This document shows positions 10,261 to 23,548 of a stretch of 64,000 nt of DNA, one piece after another; the stretch's first letter is position 1; each line of letters starts with the position of its first letter. The position numbers and the translations under genes are program-made. The notes below the pieces were generated by a model. That model saw nothing but the letters and a program-made list of their open reading frames with translations. It was not told where the DNA came from and did not search any database. This DNA is from Spizellomyces punctatus DAOM BR117 (lineage: Eukaryota), in the NCBI GenBank assembly GCA_000182565.2, contig KQ257451.1; one strand, written 5' to 3'.

Positions 10261-13200
10261 TTATGGTATATTCCAACGAAGCTTTCTGGTAATTGGAGGA
10301 CCTTGGGCCTCTTTTCTTGGTACGGTATGCTGATGTGTCACATGATACTGCCGTATCTGTCGCTCTGCCTTTGAAGGCGATGACGGGAAGGACTCAAGTT
10401 CCGGGTTTGGTGGGTATCTGGTCGTACCCATCCCTGCGCTTCTATGTCTTGTCGTATCCGGTACGGAAGGTTGGGAAGCCATTGCTGCGGATGGGCCCCA
10501 AGCTGCTAGAAGGGCAGGTGGGCTCGGAGATTGCGGGCGAGGGCGCGAAATGTTTGCACCAGCTGTTGCCTGCAAAATGCCTGCCGTTGATTTTGTAGCG
10601 GCTGCGGCTGCAGCCGCAACCCTGATCGCGGCTTGTTCTTCTAAATGCCGTATTACAATTGCATCAGTAGCACGTTGTAAGGCATGGTTATCATAAAGAG
10701 CAGTTTTCGGCTCTGGCTTCCCCTGGACGGAGGCAGTGATGCGGGACGCTATTGATCAATCATCAGCATAGTATAAAACATTGTGAAATTTGATGCTGTT
10801 ACGCACACTGCTGCAGTCTTAGCACACGAAATTCGTTGTTCTTTTGTTCTAGTAGCGATATCCGAAGATTGTTGCTATTAATCATATCTTTCAAGATTTT
10901 GTCCGCTTCATCAGCCAGTGGAAGATCTAGGACATGATAATCATCGTCAGTTTGCTACTTAGCCAGACCACCACTCTGATATCGAACCTGAAAGTGCTAC
11001 GTCATGTCCCAGACTGGCATCCGGAAATTTCATCAGGACGTTCAAAAGATTTGTTAGCTCCTTATTCTTTACATTTGCAATTTGTAGCATCCGTTCAAGT
11101 TCGAGGCTGGAATCGGAAAGCTTTTGGTTACTATCTTGCACTCGTGCTATTTCCTCTTGTATCTCTTGAAATTGTGTGACAGCCGCTCGCTCGGCATGAA
11201 TTGCGTCACTGGCTGTTTTTTCCCACTGGACTCGCTCCCTTTCCAAGTCTGCCAGCTGTTTTCGTGCTTCGGACAGGCCTTTCTGTAGCGAGTCGACCTT
11301 CTCTTTCAAGTCCTTTGCATCTGCTGTCGACGTGAGATATTGAGCCTCGATGCATGCGTACGTTCCTTTAAGGGTAGCTAGCTCAGCTGCAAGGGCGGCC
11401 TTCGACGTCTCCACCTCACGCTTCTCACGATTGAGCTCGTTGTCTGGGTAATTATCAATTCATACATGGGCATGTAAATCGCTAAGTTCAACTTTCCGTA
11501 CTTTGTGAGCTCAATGAATCCAACACTCTTGTTAAGTTGGCAATGTCTGCTTCGAGCTTCTCAGTTGTGTTCGCAGCACTCTGCTTGGCGCGCTCTGCAT
11601 CTTGCAGCCAAGTTGTTAGTTCATACTTTTCTTGCATGAGCCTGTGCTTTTCAATCTGTAGAACGCTATTCTCAGTAGGAACATTTCTTGTGTATTCGCA
11701 GCATCCCAACCAACCTCGTATTCTGTCTTAAGTGTTTGCCGCTCAATTTCAGCCTTTTTTGTGATGGTGGTCAGGTCTTCGGAATGTTTTCGTAACGCAT
11801 GTTCAAGCTATCAGAAAAGCAGCCGCTATTCAGTGTAACGTTCCTTGCCATTGCAGGACCCAATGAACCACGGACCTTCTCTTCCAGAGTGTTTATGCGC
11901 ATTGCAGCATCGTACAGTTTCTGTTCGGCTGGATGTTGCATATCAGCTTGGATGCACACGGATTCAAAACGTGGTATGGGCTTGTCCACGCCGGATTGAG
12001 CATCATGCTTTTGAATAACATCTGGTGCTGTCTGAACGCTCAAGTCCATCTTCGTGGGAGCGGTGGACCTTTGAGATAGCGCTTGGTCCGTCCGAATTTT
12101 AGCCATAGGTTTGGTTATCTCTGCCAGCAACTCTTCTACTGTTTTGGCTGCAGAAGCAGCTGTGCCAACTTTTGGTTCTGCATCCTCCTCGCTCAGACTT
12201 TTGAGCGCGGAAGCCAATGCTGACACGTCAATCCCTCGTTCAGAAGCAAATGGCACAGCCTTTTCGAGGAGCTCCAATGCGCTGACTGTGCGAGCAGAGA
12301 CTGGCTTTGAAGGGAGACAAAACCCAGGATGTCCTTCTTCGGGTGCGTTGGTACTCTTGTTTCGTAGCTATGGGGTATTGGCTTGTCAGCTAATCTCTCA
12401 AATATCGCTGTCGCAAAGCAGAGAACACACCGTTGCTTTTGGGCGAGCCTTGTCCTCAAATGTTCGCTTAATGACAACTTCACAACGACCACCAGAAGAA
12501 TGAGTTAAAACATCCTTTAAAATCAGATTTTCTTCCTCTGACTCTTCGAATTGCTGGGTGAACTGTTCCAGGAGCTCGTCCCGCTGGCGCAAGAAGTCCT
12601 AACGTGTACGAAAAAGGCTACAGGGTTGGATTCTGATGTTTAACAAGGTAAAGATCTTGCAACACTTACCAGGTGACGCATGTACACCTTATTCCACAGC
12701 ACGACAGCGTCAATCAACTTTATCCAATCTCCAGAAGTTCCTCGATCTCTTAAGAGACCTTCTTCCTCGGACACGTCTAGGGAGCACTACCCACTGTCAG
12801 GTACTGTGCTCATAACAAACAAGATCTTTCGCATCATTACGTTTTGCAGATAGGCCACTAAGATCTGAATGCAATCATTGAAATATCGGGTCACCAAGTA
12901 ATCGGCATCTCCTTTATCCAATTGATTGCCGAGTTGCTCTTATCCGACGTATGTAAGCGATCAACTATGTAGTCAAAAGGCAATTACAATGTAACATACC
13001 CACTGTTCTGGTCAGCTTATCAAATACGCCCTGTAAGGCGGATTGTAGAAATGCAACACCTTCAAGCTGCATTCCTTTGATGAGCTTGCTTAAAAGCTGG
13101 CCCATTAACAACAAATCCATCTGGGGTAGGTCTAGAACCATCTTCTACCTTGATTTAGGCAACTGATTCTCATATCTCTGCTCAATCATATTCTGCTCTG

Positions 13201-13489
13201 ACTGGAAGTGCCGAGTCCAGACCACTTTCGCTTCCGACCGCCGATCATGTGGAACATCCTTGAAAGTGAAGGTGACTTGTGCGTCTCTAGCTGTCGTTGG
13301 ATGAGTCGATGGCTGAGAGTTGTTCCAGAGGGATTGTGCCTTTCGGAGGTCACTAGTAGCATTGATTCTTTCCCGTTTGGTGGGCGATGTTGAGACAGGC
13401 TGCCCTACTAAATGGGACAATGACCCCGAGCGGCTTGCAATATGAGAAGACGATCGTGCTAGAGCTTCCTGGCGACTGCTTCTGTGCAT
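10261..13489 (-). CDS. Long coiled-coil protein of unknown family
   Basis: Chain of minus-strand exons (13145-13495, 12398-12592, 11771-12277, 11488-11709, 10959-11414, 10261-10575) with heptad-rich E/K/L/Q sequence and canonical splice sites. Confidence 0.6.
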
Positions 13490-13897
13490 TATCAAAATGA
13501 GAATGCCAGCTCGGGCATCTGTGAGGGGAGGAGCAAAGTAATGATCTGAACTTTTAGGTAAGCAGTGCAGTCATGTGATGCTTGACCGGAGTTTGCAGAT
13601 CGGCCTGCTGCCAAGCACAGTAGTACGCTTATAGGGTATGAATTTGACAACATAGCATAGTCAATTTTCTAAGAGATATCTACTAGTGCAGATAAGCCTG
13701 TGCAAGATGTAATACACACCGTGCCTGTATAGTGCACATTGTCGTACATGATCACCGATCCGCTTTGTTTACATTGCGATTTGCGAGAAGACTTCGTTAA
13801 TTCATATCGGATTAAGAATATGTGGCATATTACAGAAATAGGGATGATTATAATGACTTGTTCAGTAACAATCAAGTCATTAAGCCGTGGCATTTGT

Positions 13898-16784
13898 CTA
13901 GACAGGCAGCGGTACAGCAGCCGATGCATCCAGCTTCTGCCCATTGAAAAGCTCAAGCTCAACGATATTCAAAATTCTTCTTGAATCAGAAGTCAGCTTT
14001 TCAGACACGCTCGCAGCGGAATTAGAATGAGTGCTTCTTTTCCCTGCCCAGTGCGTTAGAAGCTGTATGATCGCGTTTTGACAACGGCCACGTCCGGTGA
14101 GATAGACATGAATCAAGGTTGCCATCACCGCTGGAAGGTACTGATGGACCGAAACTGTATTAGAAGACAGGAGGATAAACAAACCAGGAAAATGACGTCA
14201 CCTTCACCAGGCCACCTGGACATAGGATTCTGAAATTGTTCAAAAGAAAACAGGCGGCTTCGGTTGTGGTATTTTCAGCAAGAGAGGCCACCAGGGGGTT
14301 ACCGACATATTCCATCAGCGTGCTCCAATGGTCCACTGATTCTTCATGTGGATTGGTGGGTTTTGTGATTGCTTGCAAGATATGGATATATGCCAGCGGA
14401 AGGGGCGCATGACTATTTTTGACCTTGCACTGACATTGAGATAATGCTCACATTTTCAAACTTTACCTATTCTCCTTACCAGTTTGGCCACTCCCATACT
14501 AACACCCAGCGGCCACCACGTCTGACAAACGCCCTCTGTCCGTTGAGGGAGAAGGAATGGTAAATCCCAGCTAATATGTGTCGTTGCAGAGTCTTCGCCG
14601 CTCCGTGAGGTATCAAGGTCCAATAGCCACACACGTTGGCTATCTGGTAAACTTAACAGCCCACGGACAAACGAGGTACAAAGTGTCGGATAACTGCGGA
14701 GCAACGGAGCCGAAAGGATAATGGCTTTGATGTTGGCAGCAACGATAACAGAAATATTAGTACGCCTTGTCTCACATACGCTGGAAAAAGAAACACACCA
14801 ACTCGCAACGAATCACCCATGAACCATTTCAAGACACCCGCAGCCGCTTTTACCATCGTCTCCTTTTCCAAGCCTGTCTCTTCATCGTTGCCTCGGTGGG
14901 CCGCGGCCTTTGCGCCAGCCGCTACAAAGGCCACAAAGGCTTTTTGCACAGCTGATGAGCACCGCCTACCCATAACAGCTTTCCCAATGCATTCCATTAC
15001 GTCCCCAAGAAGCGGCTCATCCAAAGCAACACCAACTTCTCTGACTAAAAACGCCAGGATAAGTACAGCTGCAGGAAGTTCAGCCGGCATGGTAGGGTTA
15101 AGCATTGGAGCTTGCAAACTTCGTCTGTGGGTGTTTATAACAGTGAGGCACTCGCTGAGGTGAAGAGTGGTGAGTTGACGGTTTGGACCGTGCAATTCCC
15201 GCAAGTTTGGCAAGAAGCTTAAAGCGGCCAAAATGAATATGAACGGATTGCACGTAGAGGGAACGGATTGGTTGGTGCTGGGGATTCCTCCAATTGTTAT
15301 CGTAGAAGTTGGCAGAGTGTCTCGGCTCATCGCCGCCTACGACAGGTGGTTCAGTGCTTGTTGATGCCGGTGGTGTACCGTATTATCACCTTTATTTCCA
15401 GCCAGAATCGAACTCTCTCTTCATCCCGTAAATTTGTTCCCATATATTGGTGGAATATTGCGACAATATGAGGTATTTTACTGATCGTATGTGGATTGGA
15501 GAGCTGGTGGACTAAGGACGGAAATTCTTTCGCGGAGCACAGGCGTTGGTACGCAGCCCCTCGAGATGAGAACGCATGTTGAAGGGCGAGCCCAAAAAAC
15601 TGGAGGATGCAACTTGCAGCTATGCTTGCTCGCCTGTTGATTATCATGATCTACTTTTAAAAAGCATAACGCTCTGCTTACCAACAAATATCTTGTCTAC
15701 TGCCTCGTAAGCTGCAATGCATGTTATCAAAATATCGAGAAGCATACTTATATCATTAGGAGGGCTATGCTGCAGAATCTCGACGATCTCCCGTTCCTGT
15801 ATATCGTTTTGTTACACAGTTTAGTCCAACCGCGCAAGATTATCATAGGTACCTTGCCCACTAGAATGCTTTCAATACGGTGCACTTCGTGTGAAGACAT
15901 ACTCTCAATGTGTTCACAAAGACGGTCACGTATCTGAGTCGCAGAAAATCCGCTCCGGTTGAAGGTAAGTGATGGATCGTGAATGCTTAATGCTTTCAAC
16001 AGAACCCGCACAATGGAGACCTGTTCAAAGGAGATGAGAGACCGTTTACCAATTGTTAGCCATTGTTTTCAAACAAACCTTTCCCAAGCTTTCGTGGTCT
16101 TCAAGTCCTTCTTTGATGTGTGTACCACTAGGTAGGATCTGTCCTGGCGGTGCATCGATCACCGCGAATCCACTCCCATCACCTAGAGATGGCTGAGACA
16201 CCTCATCGGCCTCCACCCCATAAGGATTAGAGGCCTTCAGACTTGGTAAGACTGAGTTTGCCCTATTCAAATGCAGGTTTATCAATTCACTCGTTTGACT
16301 TCAATCACACGGAATAATCCATACTCTTTCTTTTTTGTTACATGGGAATACAAAACCATCAAGAGCAAACCAACCGATTCAGGTTTAGCTTGGGACACGT
16401 CTTCGCTCATCCGTCGGGGCACAGGTATGCCTAATTTCTTTTGTTCAACTATCCTTAGAAACCAGCGTAATCTAGAAATCGCTGTGCAATCTTGGTACTC
16501 ACTGCAAATGCTCTCCCCAGCATTTCCCAGTTATTCTTTTTCGCAGCAGGCCCGGTCCCAGTATCATATGCATGCATTTGAAGCGAAGGTTCGTGAGGAT
16601 AGTACTTATTCAGAATCTCAGCTATCAGAAATCCATTGGCAAAATCACTGCATGTCGGGTCTGGTCAGTTGACTATAAGCGACAGTAGTGTGAATGCTAT
16701 ATCGTACCGTTTGTAGTTTTTAATTGAAGCTGAAAGACTGAGAGACTGAATCCACTTGATAAGCTCTCGTGGAAGGCCAGCCAT
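13898..16784 (-). CDS. SPATA4/SPEF1-type calponin-homology (CH_2) protein with a long helical C-terminal region (ciliary)
   Basis: Exons mostly absent from the ORF track splice to MAGLPRELIKWIQSLSLSASIKNYKR|DFANGFLIAEILNKYYP..YDTGTGPAAKKNNWEML..|KLGIPVP..VLYSHVT, matching the SPATA4 CH domain (RDFSNGFLIAEI..YYP..NW). The frame continues through Leu-rich exons to about 13898; the 3' end is less certain. Confidence 0.75.
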
Positions 16785-16952
16785 GATGAGAAGTTCATGC
16801 TGTTACTGTAGGTGGACATCCAAACGATATCCCTGTGCAGGTCGGAAATTGTTACCTTACCCATTACGTCAGCAGGAGCTCCCAAATTGTGTCCATCACC
16901 TCTGTCTCAATTCAACGACTTTTAGCAGGCTAAGGGGGCCCATCAAAGCTTC

Positions 16953-17860
16953 ATGGTGAGAAATGGCTTTTCGATTTTATATATGAAAGCAAGCACCTCG
17001 CTTATGAGGTCCTAATAGTCGACTCAACTCCGACCACCAAGTGGTAAACTTCCGCCGTTGCCCTCAGTTCCAGGTCGTCCCTCAGTAGGACAGTTGCAGT
17101 CTTCCCCATCTGGGGTAATCGATAGTGGAAGAAGCTCTCGCCTATCTGTTCTTGCTGCGCCAGCAATAAAGCCTCCAGCGGGGTCTAACGTCCCGGCTCG
17201 ATCCAAAACACGCAAGTTTCGCTTGAACGAGGAGCAAATAAGGGAAATCAAAGAAGCGTTTGACCTATTTGATGAAGATGGGTCAGGAGAGATCTCAGGG
17301 AAGGAATGGCGAGTTGCAATGCGAGCGCTCGGATTCGAGCCAAGTAATGATGAGGTGAAGCGGATGCTAAAAGAAATGGACGACAATGGCAGTGGCACAA
17401 TAGATTTTGAGGAGTTTCTTGGGCTTATGGAAAGGAGAATGGTGAGTTCAGTCCCAGACTAATCTGAATTAATGCTAAAGATTAAAAAGGCAGATAAATA
17501 CGCGAGAGAAGAGATGCGAAAGGTCTTTGAGCTCTTTACCAAACCCGATCTGAGTATTCAAAGATCACGTAGCACGGCCAGAACATCTCCTCTGCGGACA
17601 GGTACTGGCGTCGCAAAGCATCCTAATCAACGAATCTCAGCGTCAGATATTAGAAGAGTAGCAAATCTTGTTGGGGAACGACTGACGGAAGATGAGATCA
17701 AAGAAATGTTAGAAGAGGCAGATCGGGATGGTGATGGGGAAGTGACCGAAGACGATTTCATCCGAGTCATGCGGAAGACGGTAAGGTTCTAATTCAGCGC
17801 ATGAGGACTTTTGAGACTAGTCAGCATCTGGCTAACCTTTCTTTTCAGACGCTTTGGTAA
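16953..17860 (+). CDS. Centrin/caltractin-like EF-hand protein
   Basis: ATG-only first exon (16953-16955), intron 16956-17018, then ..[56 protein letters not shown]-like [40 protein letters not shown]. Confidence 0.88.
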
Positions 17861-17987
17861 CGGTCGCTACAATATTCACCGGTGTGTTTAGTCGAATATG
17901 TTATATATGCATGCAATTACCCATTTTTGCTGCAATGCTATGCCATTTTATGGCGGTTTTGAAAGTGGCGTAAACTGCCTTTCCATT

Positions 17988-20900
17988 TTATTTCCCTTCC
18001 GCTGCATGCACACCAATCCAGTCTTCACTTGGAGGGTGTTCTATGTACATTTTGCATCTTGCAAGCAGCGTTTTGGATGGGCCATCGTCTGCAATTTCGA
18101 TTGCCTTTGCAAATAGGTCCGCTGCTTCCGCAAAATTCCGCTGTCGATAAAGTGATAATGCTGTTGCATACAGTTCTTGCGCACGTACGACCTCATCCGC
18201 CAGGATGTCGTCTTTTCGTCCGAGCAGCTCGAAGATGTCCACTTTCGTACTTTTACCCGTCACAATGACAGTATCTATGTGGCGGGTGAGGAATGCGTCT
18301 CCCGTCTCCTTCAAGGTATTCTCCGTAACAAGGATCGTTACATTGTAAGCTTTTGTCAGTCCTTCAGTGCGTGACGCCAAACTATCAGAAGTGTTAATAA
18401 GATGCTTATGTCATTTTGAATGAGAGCGCCTGGTCCTTACTTCACAGCATCTCCTATACAACTGAATTCCATTCGCTTGATAGATCCTATGTTTCCCGAT
18501 AGGACCTGCTCATTATGAGACGATTAGACTATTTTCTTAGTGAACCCACAGTCATGTAGAAATGGGCTACCGACCATGCCAGTATTAATGCCTATTCCAA
18601 TTTTTATTGGTCGCTTCCCGGTCGCAATCCGCCCTTCATTCAGAATCAGAAGACAATCCCGCATCCGCAAGGCGGCATTGCAGGCGTGTATTCCGTCCTC
18701 GGCAGAGACAAATGGGACTCCAAATACTGCCATAACGGCATCCCCGATGTACTTGTCCAGGATCCCTGGAATTGTTGAGATTATCATAGGCCATTCAGCG
18801 TTCCATCTGGCCGCATTTCACACTGCAGCTCACCTTGCTCTGACATAATCGCATTGACGGCATCGCTGAAGTGGTGATTTAACAACTCCACTCTGCATGG
18901 GGGTTTCAAAGGTTCGTAAGTTCACATTTGCTTCGAGTCGGCTGTGCCCTGTCGTACATACACTTCGTGTGGCTCCATCGATTCTGCTATTGAGGTAAAC
19001 GATCTGATGTCGCTGTATAGTTTGGATAATGAAACCCTGAACACGTGTTGGCAACTATGGGGCAGATACGACAATGACTTACCTGAAGAGGATGGTAACT
19101 TTCTTTCGTTTCCCCCCTAACTGTGAGCCATCCTCCTCCATGACCTGCTTGGCAAGGGCGGGCGACATATATCTGAGGAGATACGCCATCGATTCATCAA
19201 AATGCAATCACTCGAAGTACGATACAATTTATCACACCTTCCAAGCGTCATAACCGCTCGCTTTTCGGCCGAGATATCATCTAAGGTGTCATATTTAAGC
19301 GAACTAGCTTTCAGCCATCCGCATTCTTACCATCCTGTGACTCACCTAGCACCATGACCACTCCTTTCTGCTCACCGAGCAAAGGCATTATTTGGTAATT
19401 AATGAAGGTGGAACCTTTTGGTCCTCTTAGTTCGTATTCGGCGGAGTACACTGGTGTCCCTTGCTGGTAAACGGAGAGGATATCGTTCAAAAGATGGTAG
19501 TTTTCCTTCTCTCCGATCCATTTAGCCACGGGGGCGCCTGTTACAAACTCTTCCGTAACGCCAAGGGCGTTTAGAAACCATGGGCGGTTCATGGTATTCT
19601 AAAAAAAAGTATGAACAACTTCCACACCTCAGCCAAGCATTAACAGCGTACCATTCTCATATTTTCCGAGAGAGTTATAACGCAACTCGTGATACTGCTC
19701 AAGATGCTCTAAATCAAGAAAGCAAATATCTGCTTGGTATCTGTGTAGGATCCCTTGATGAAGAAGGGAACATACCTGCAGGTACGCACGCATATCTAAA
19801 TGCCAGAGCGCTATGAATATATGTAGATCACTTTACAATACGTGCCAATCTCACCTTCTGTCTTTTTGAACAGCTGGGATTTTTCAATTGCAACGGCGGC
19901 TGAAGTGATCCGCACTCTGGCGTTAGTGGGATCATTGGAAAATCATGCTGCCGATGTGAGCATCTTACCTTGAGCTGAAAAGGAGCTCAGAATCCTTGCA
20001 TCCCAGAAGAAAACTGTTGGTAAGGTAATGCGCATCTCTTTTACGGGTTGTCCCTCCTCACCTCTCATCATCGGCGGAAAATGGACCACCGTGCTTGTTG
20101 ATCATTTGCGTCACCCCAATATTTTCACCACTAAATGTCCTCCATATTGGTATCCTACTTCCGACCAAATGGTGTCACACGTAATACCTGATATTTTTTA
20201 TGGGCATGCACAAGATGTTCTTTGTAACATATCCAGTCTGCTTGTCCACTTCCGGGTTGAACCTGTGCCAATCATCGTTTAGCGATCGGATGTGGGCCAT
20301 ATTGATGAGGCCCAAGCGTACCGCGGATCTTTATATGCATCAGGGATGTTTACGGAATCTGGAAAGCACATGTAAGGCTGAATGCAAAGAGACCACTAAT
20401 CTTGCTCACATCCAACACACCTCCAGAAGTGTATGCATAGCCAGCAATTCCCGCGTTCAGAGCAATTCGGATTTCCTGGACAGAATCACGACCCTGAATG
20501 TGAGCGCGCAGGTATTTGCCTTCTGAATCCCGGAGAAACAATGTACATCGGTCGGCAGATAGTAGTTCTTTTGCGGAATCCATGATCATTTTGATCAAAT
20601 GGTCGAGTTCTAATGTGGATCCCAAAGATCGGGTTGTTTCCAACAAAACTTCGACCTTCTTTTGTGTTTTCATCATTGTTTCGTAGATCTGCCCGTTTTT
20701 GATTATGACACCCGCGGTTTGCGCAAGTGCCTTGATGAGAAATTCATCCTCATGATTGAAGTACATCGGATTGCCATTAGTGCTGACTTTATTTACAGCT
20801 TGTAGGACACCTTTGAGTATGTTGTCACGCGTGCGAATGGGAACCGAGAGAATTGAATGTGCTAAAATGTGCGTCCCGCGTATATCTACTTCTGCGTCAA

Positions 20901-23266
20901 AGCGTTCGTTATGCATTGCATCCCGGATGTTTGCAATTTGCTCGCTTTGGGCGACCCATCCCGCAATTCCGGAGCCGGGTGGGTGCCTGACATCAGGGAA
21001 GTCATATACGTCTAAATTTGTGTCAAAATCCTTCGGAACAATCTCCCCGTTTCGGTCCACCAAGAAAAGCAGTATCATTTCCGCTTGGAGCATGGGTGCC
21101 CCGTCCTTGATAATCTGCCTCATTGCGCTCTGCAAATCCACGTCTAGTGATATAGAGCTACTAACTGAAAGCAGTTTGTCCACTTTCTATCTCACAGCTC
21201 CAAAGTTAGGAAATCAAGTTTGAAGTGCTTCACAGTAGTAAGTTTTTCCTGCGTACCTCAAAAAGAACAAGTAAATGTTTGATTATCTGCGAACGGGTGG
21301 TTTTGTCCGTCTTTTCCACATGGTCGAGGAACTGAGGCTGGAAATATTTATTTAAAAGCCCTGCAATTAGAGATCTTTCGTCACCGTCGGCAGTTTGTGG
21401 AGGTGTCGATCTGTCTTCGAATCCGGTAACGGGAGCAGACGGAATAGCAATGACAGTTGGCTTCCCTGTATCATCATTTAAAGGCAAGGATACGAGAGAG
21501 TTTGTCGAAGAGTCATCTGGTGACCTCCCACTCGCGCCTGTCACTGGCGTAGAGGAGCGACCCGGTGTTGGAAGCCTTCTGGGTTTGTATCTACTCATGG
21601 ATCGATCCGCAAGTATGGAGCGCCTACTATCAGCGAGGACTAGACTTGGCAAATAAGATCGAAAACTTAGTGTGCCGAATCTGATTTGTAACTTCGGAGC
21701 AAAATAATATATGCTTACTCTTCCCCATTCCGGCCACTGCCTCCAAAATTGTAGCTATTCCATCCTGTTCATAGATACTTGTCTTTGCAAGGGCTTTGCT
21801 GGACCTGTTAGCGTGCAAAGACCTGAAGTGCAGATTCGGTCGACATACCATTTCTCTCAGTTACCATCTGCAGCAGAGCAGAGGCCTTTACTTGCACCTC
21901 AACTATATCAGGAGAAAATTTTCTCATCAATGCTAGCAATATTTGAATTGCTCCCTTGTCATAGAGGACGTCCGTTGCAATCGCCTCTGCAGAAAAAGGC
22001 AGATTAGTCAATTGGAGTAGGACGGGTCAGCAACGATCTTACATTGTGTAACAAACAGAACCTACGGTTCTCCTCTGCTAATGCAATCAAGCAGTTCAAA
22101 GCTTCAACAATTTGCTCCTGAGCACAATCGGTGTCCGTAAGAGTCGATAGGTACGATTCTAAGGCCGACATGTCCGAGCTGGTAAACGTCTTCCTTACAC
22201 GACCTGCATATTCTTCGTCTGCTACTAATTGCTGAGGCTCAATGTTTTGCGCTCTTGGGTGTCCGCTTCGCCTTCTGTCTCCAAAGGTTATATCACTTTC
22301 GCGAAGGAGGATGGATCCATCAGCGGTGTGTGCCCGCGTATGTCGAGATCCAGTGGCAGGGGACCGCTCATGCAGCAATGCCGCAGAGGGACGGTTTGAG
22401 TTTTTGCTTTGTGCGTAATGCTGTCTCGCGTAAAAACCGGCGGTATAAGCACCTATCGGATGGGATAGGGAATGTGCTGGTGTATGTGAAAGCAGTTCTG
22501 GCGGTCTTGGCAGCATACCGCCTTGCACCTCTGATCCGTCCAGCCTAACAAAAGTTGCATTGCCTACACTACTGGATGCTGGATATGCAATCGGCACTGG
22601 ATTGCCAGCTGTTGCGTGATTTTTCTGGACGCCACGGCCTTCCGCCTTCTCATTCCCAAGGGACCAACGTCGCGAGCCCGCAGTGATAGGTCTGCCTTTT
22701 CTCAGATCCTTTGCTGTTTGGGCTCGTCTTCCACCAACTTTTGCGGTAGCCGAAAGTGGGGCTGAGGGACTCGTTGTGAAGCGCCGCAGATACAGCAAAG
22801 CATCTTTGTCCCTTGCTACTGCCTTTGTCTTAATGGTCGCAATTGCAGCACTGTTTGAGATAAATGTGCTGTCAACCAGAGATGATGTTTTGCTACGAGC
22901 AGTGGCTGCCCGGTCGACGCTGCGAGAAAGGTGGGGCGATGATGTCTGTTCCTTGTCCTTAACGTGATCATTCTCTCCCAGCGACAGGATGTTCAGCACC
23001 TTTGGAGAATGTTGCTCCGCCTTGGAAAGTGTCATGGCGGACGATTTATTACATCCACCCAAGAGCTTTAGACCTCAAGAGCGAAACGTTGCGGTTTATG
23101 TAGGTAGTTATCATGATGAAACTGGTCTTCGCTTACCAAACTTATTGGTAAGCAATTCGAATGTTTGATTGTTTCCACCTTGGAATGCATTTTCCCACTG
23201 AAATGCGCGTTCTCCGCTCCACAGAAACCGTTTCTTCCCACTGCCACTCCATCTTGAACGATCCAT
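17988..23266 (-). CDS. Class IIIb adenylyl cyclase: N-terminal helical region, tandem GAF-GAF, PAS, cyclase domain, C-terminal TPR-like helix (CyaB1-like); 5' end uncertain
   Basis: GAF-A (GIAGWVA..AVNK..YFNHEDE), GAF-B ([29 protein letters not shown]), PAS-like 19311-19715, catalytic [58 protein letters not shown], and tail [33 protein letters not shown]. Confidence 0.9.
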
Positions 23267-23548
23267 CCTCAAGTTGATTCTGATCCGACGTTAACGTAGG
23301 CTGTCATGGTCTTGATTTCATTGATTTGTGAATAGATCCTAACGTAGGGCTTATAGTCTTCTGCTTTGAGATTCGACGACTCAAACCAGGACTGAGTCAG
23401 CGAACTATCGCTCCACACCTTGGTAAGACTTGTTAGCTAGCTCGCCATGCTATTTGAAGCATGTCTCTGAACCTGGAGTTAATGCTGGAATAAGGCAGAT
23501 TGTAGTCTACTGAATTGGCTTTCCGTCCCGTTCCTTTTCCAAGTCAAT

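Noticed and set aside
16785..16952. RFX X-box in the promoter shared by the two flagellar genes
   Set aside because: Only half-sites (e.g. GTTACC at 16851) are visible; there is no convincing full palindrome.
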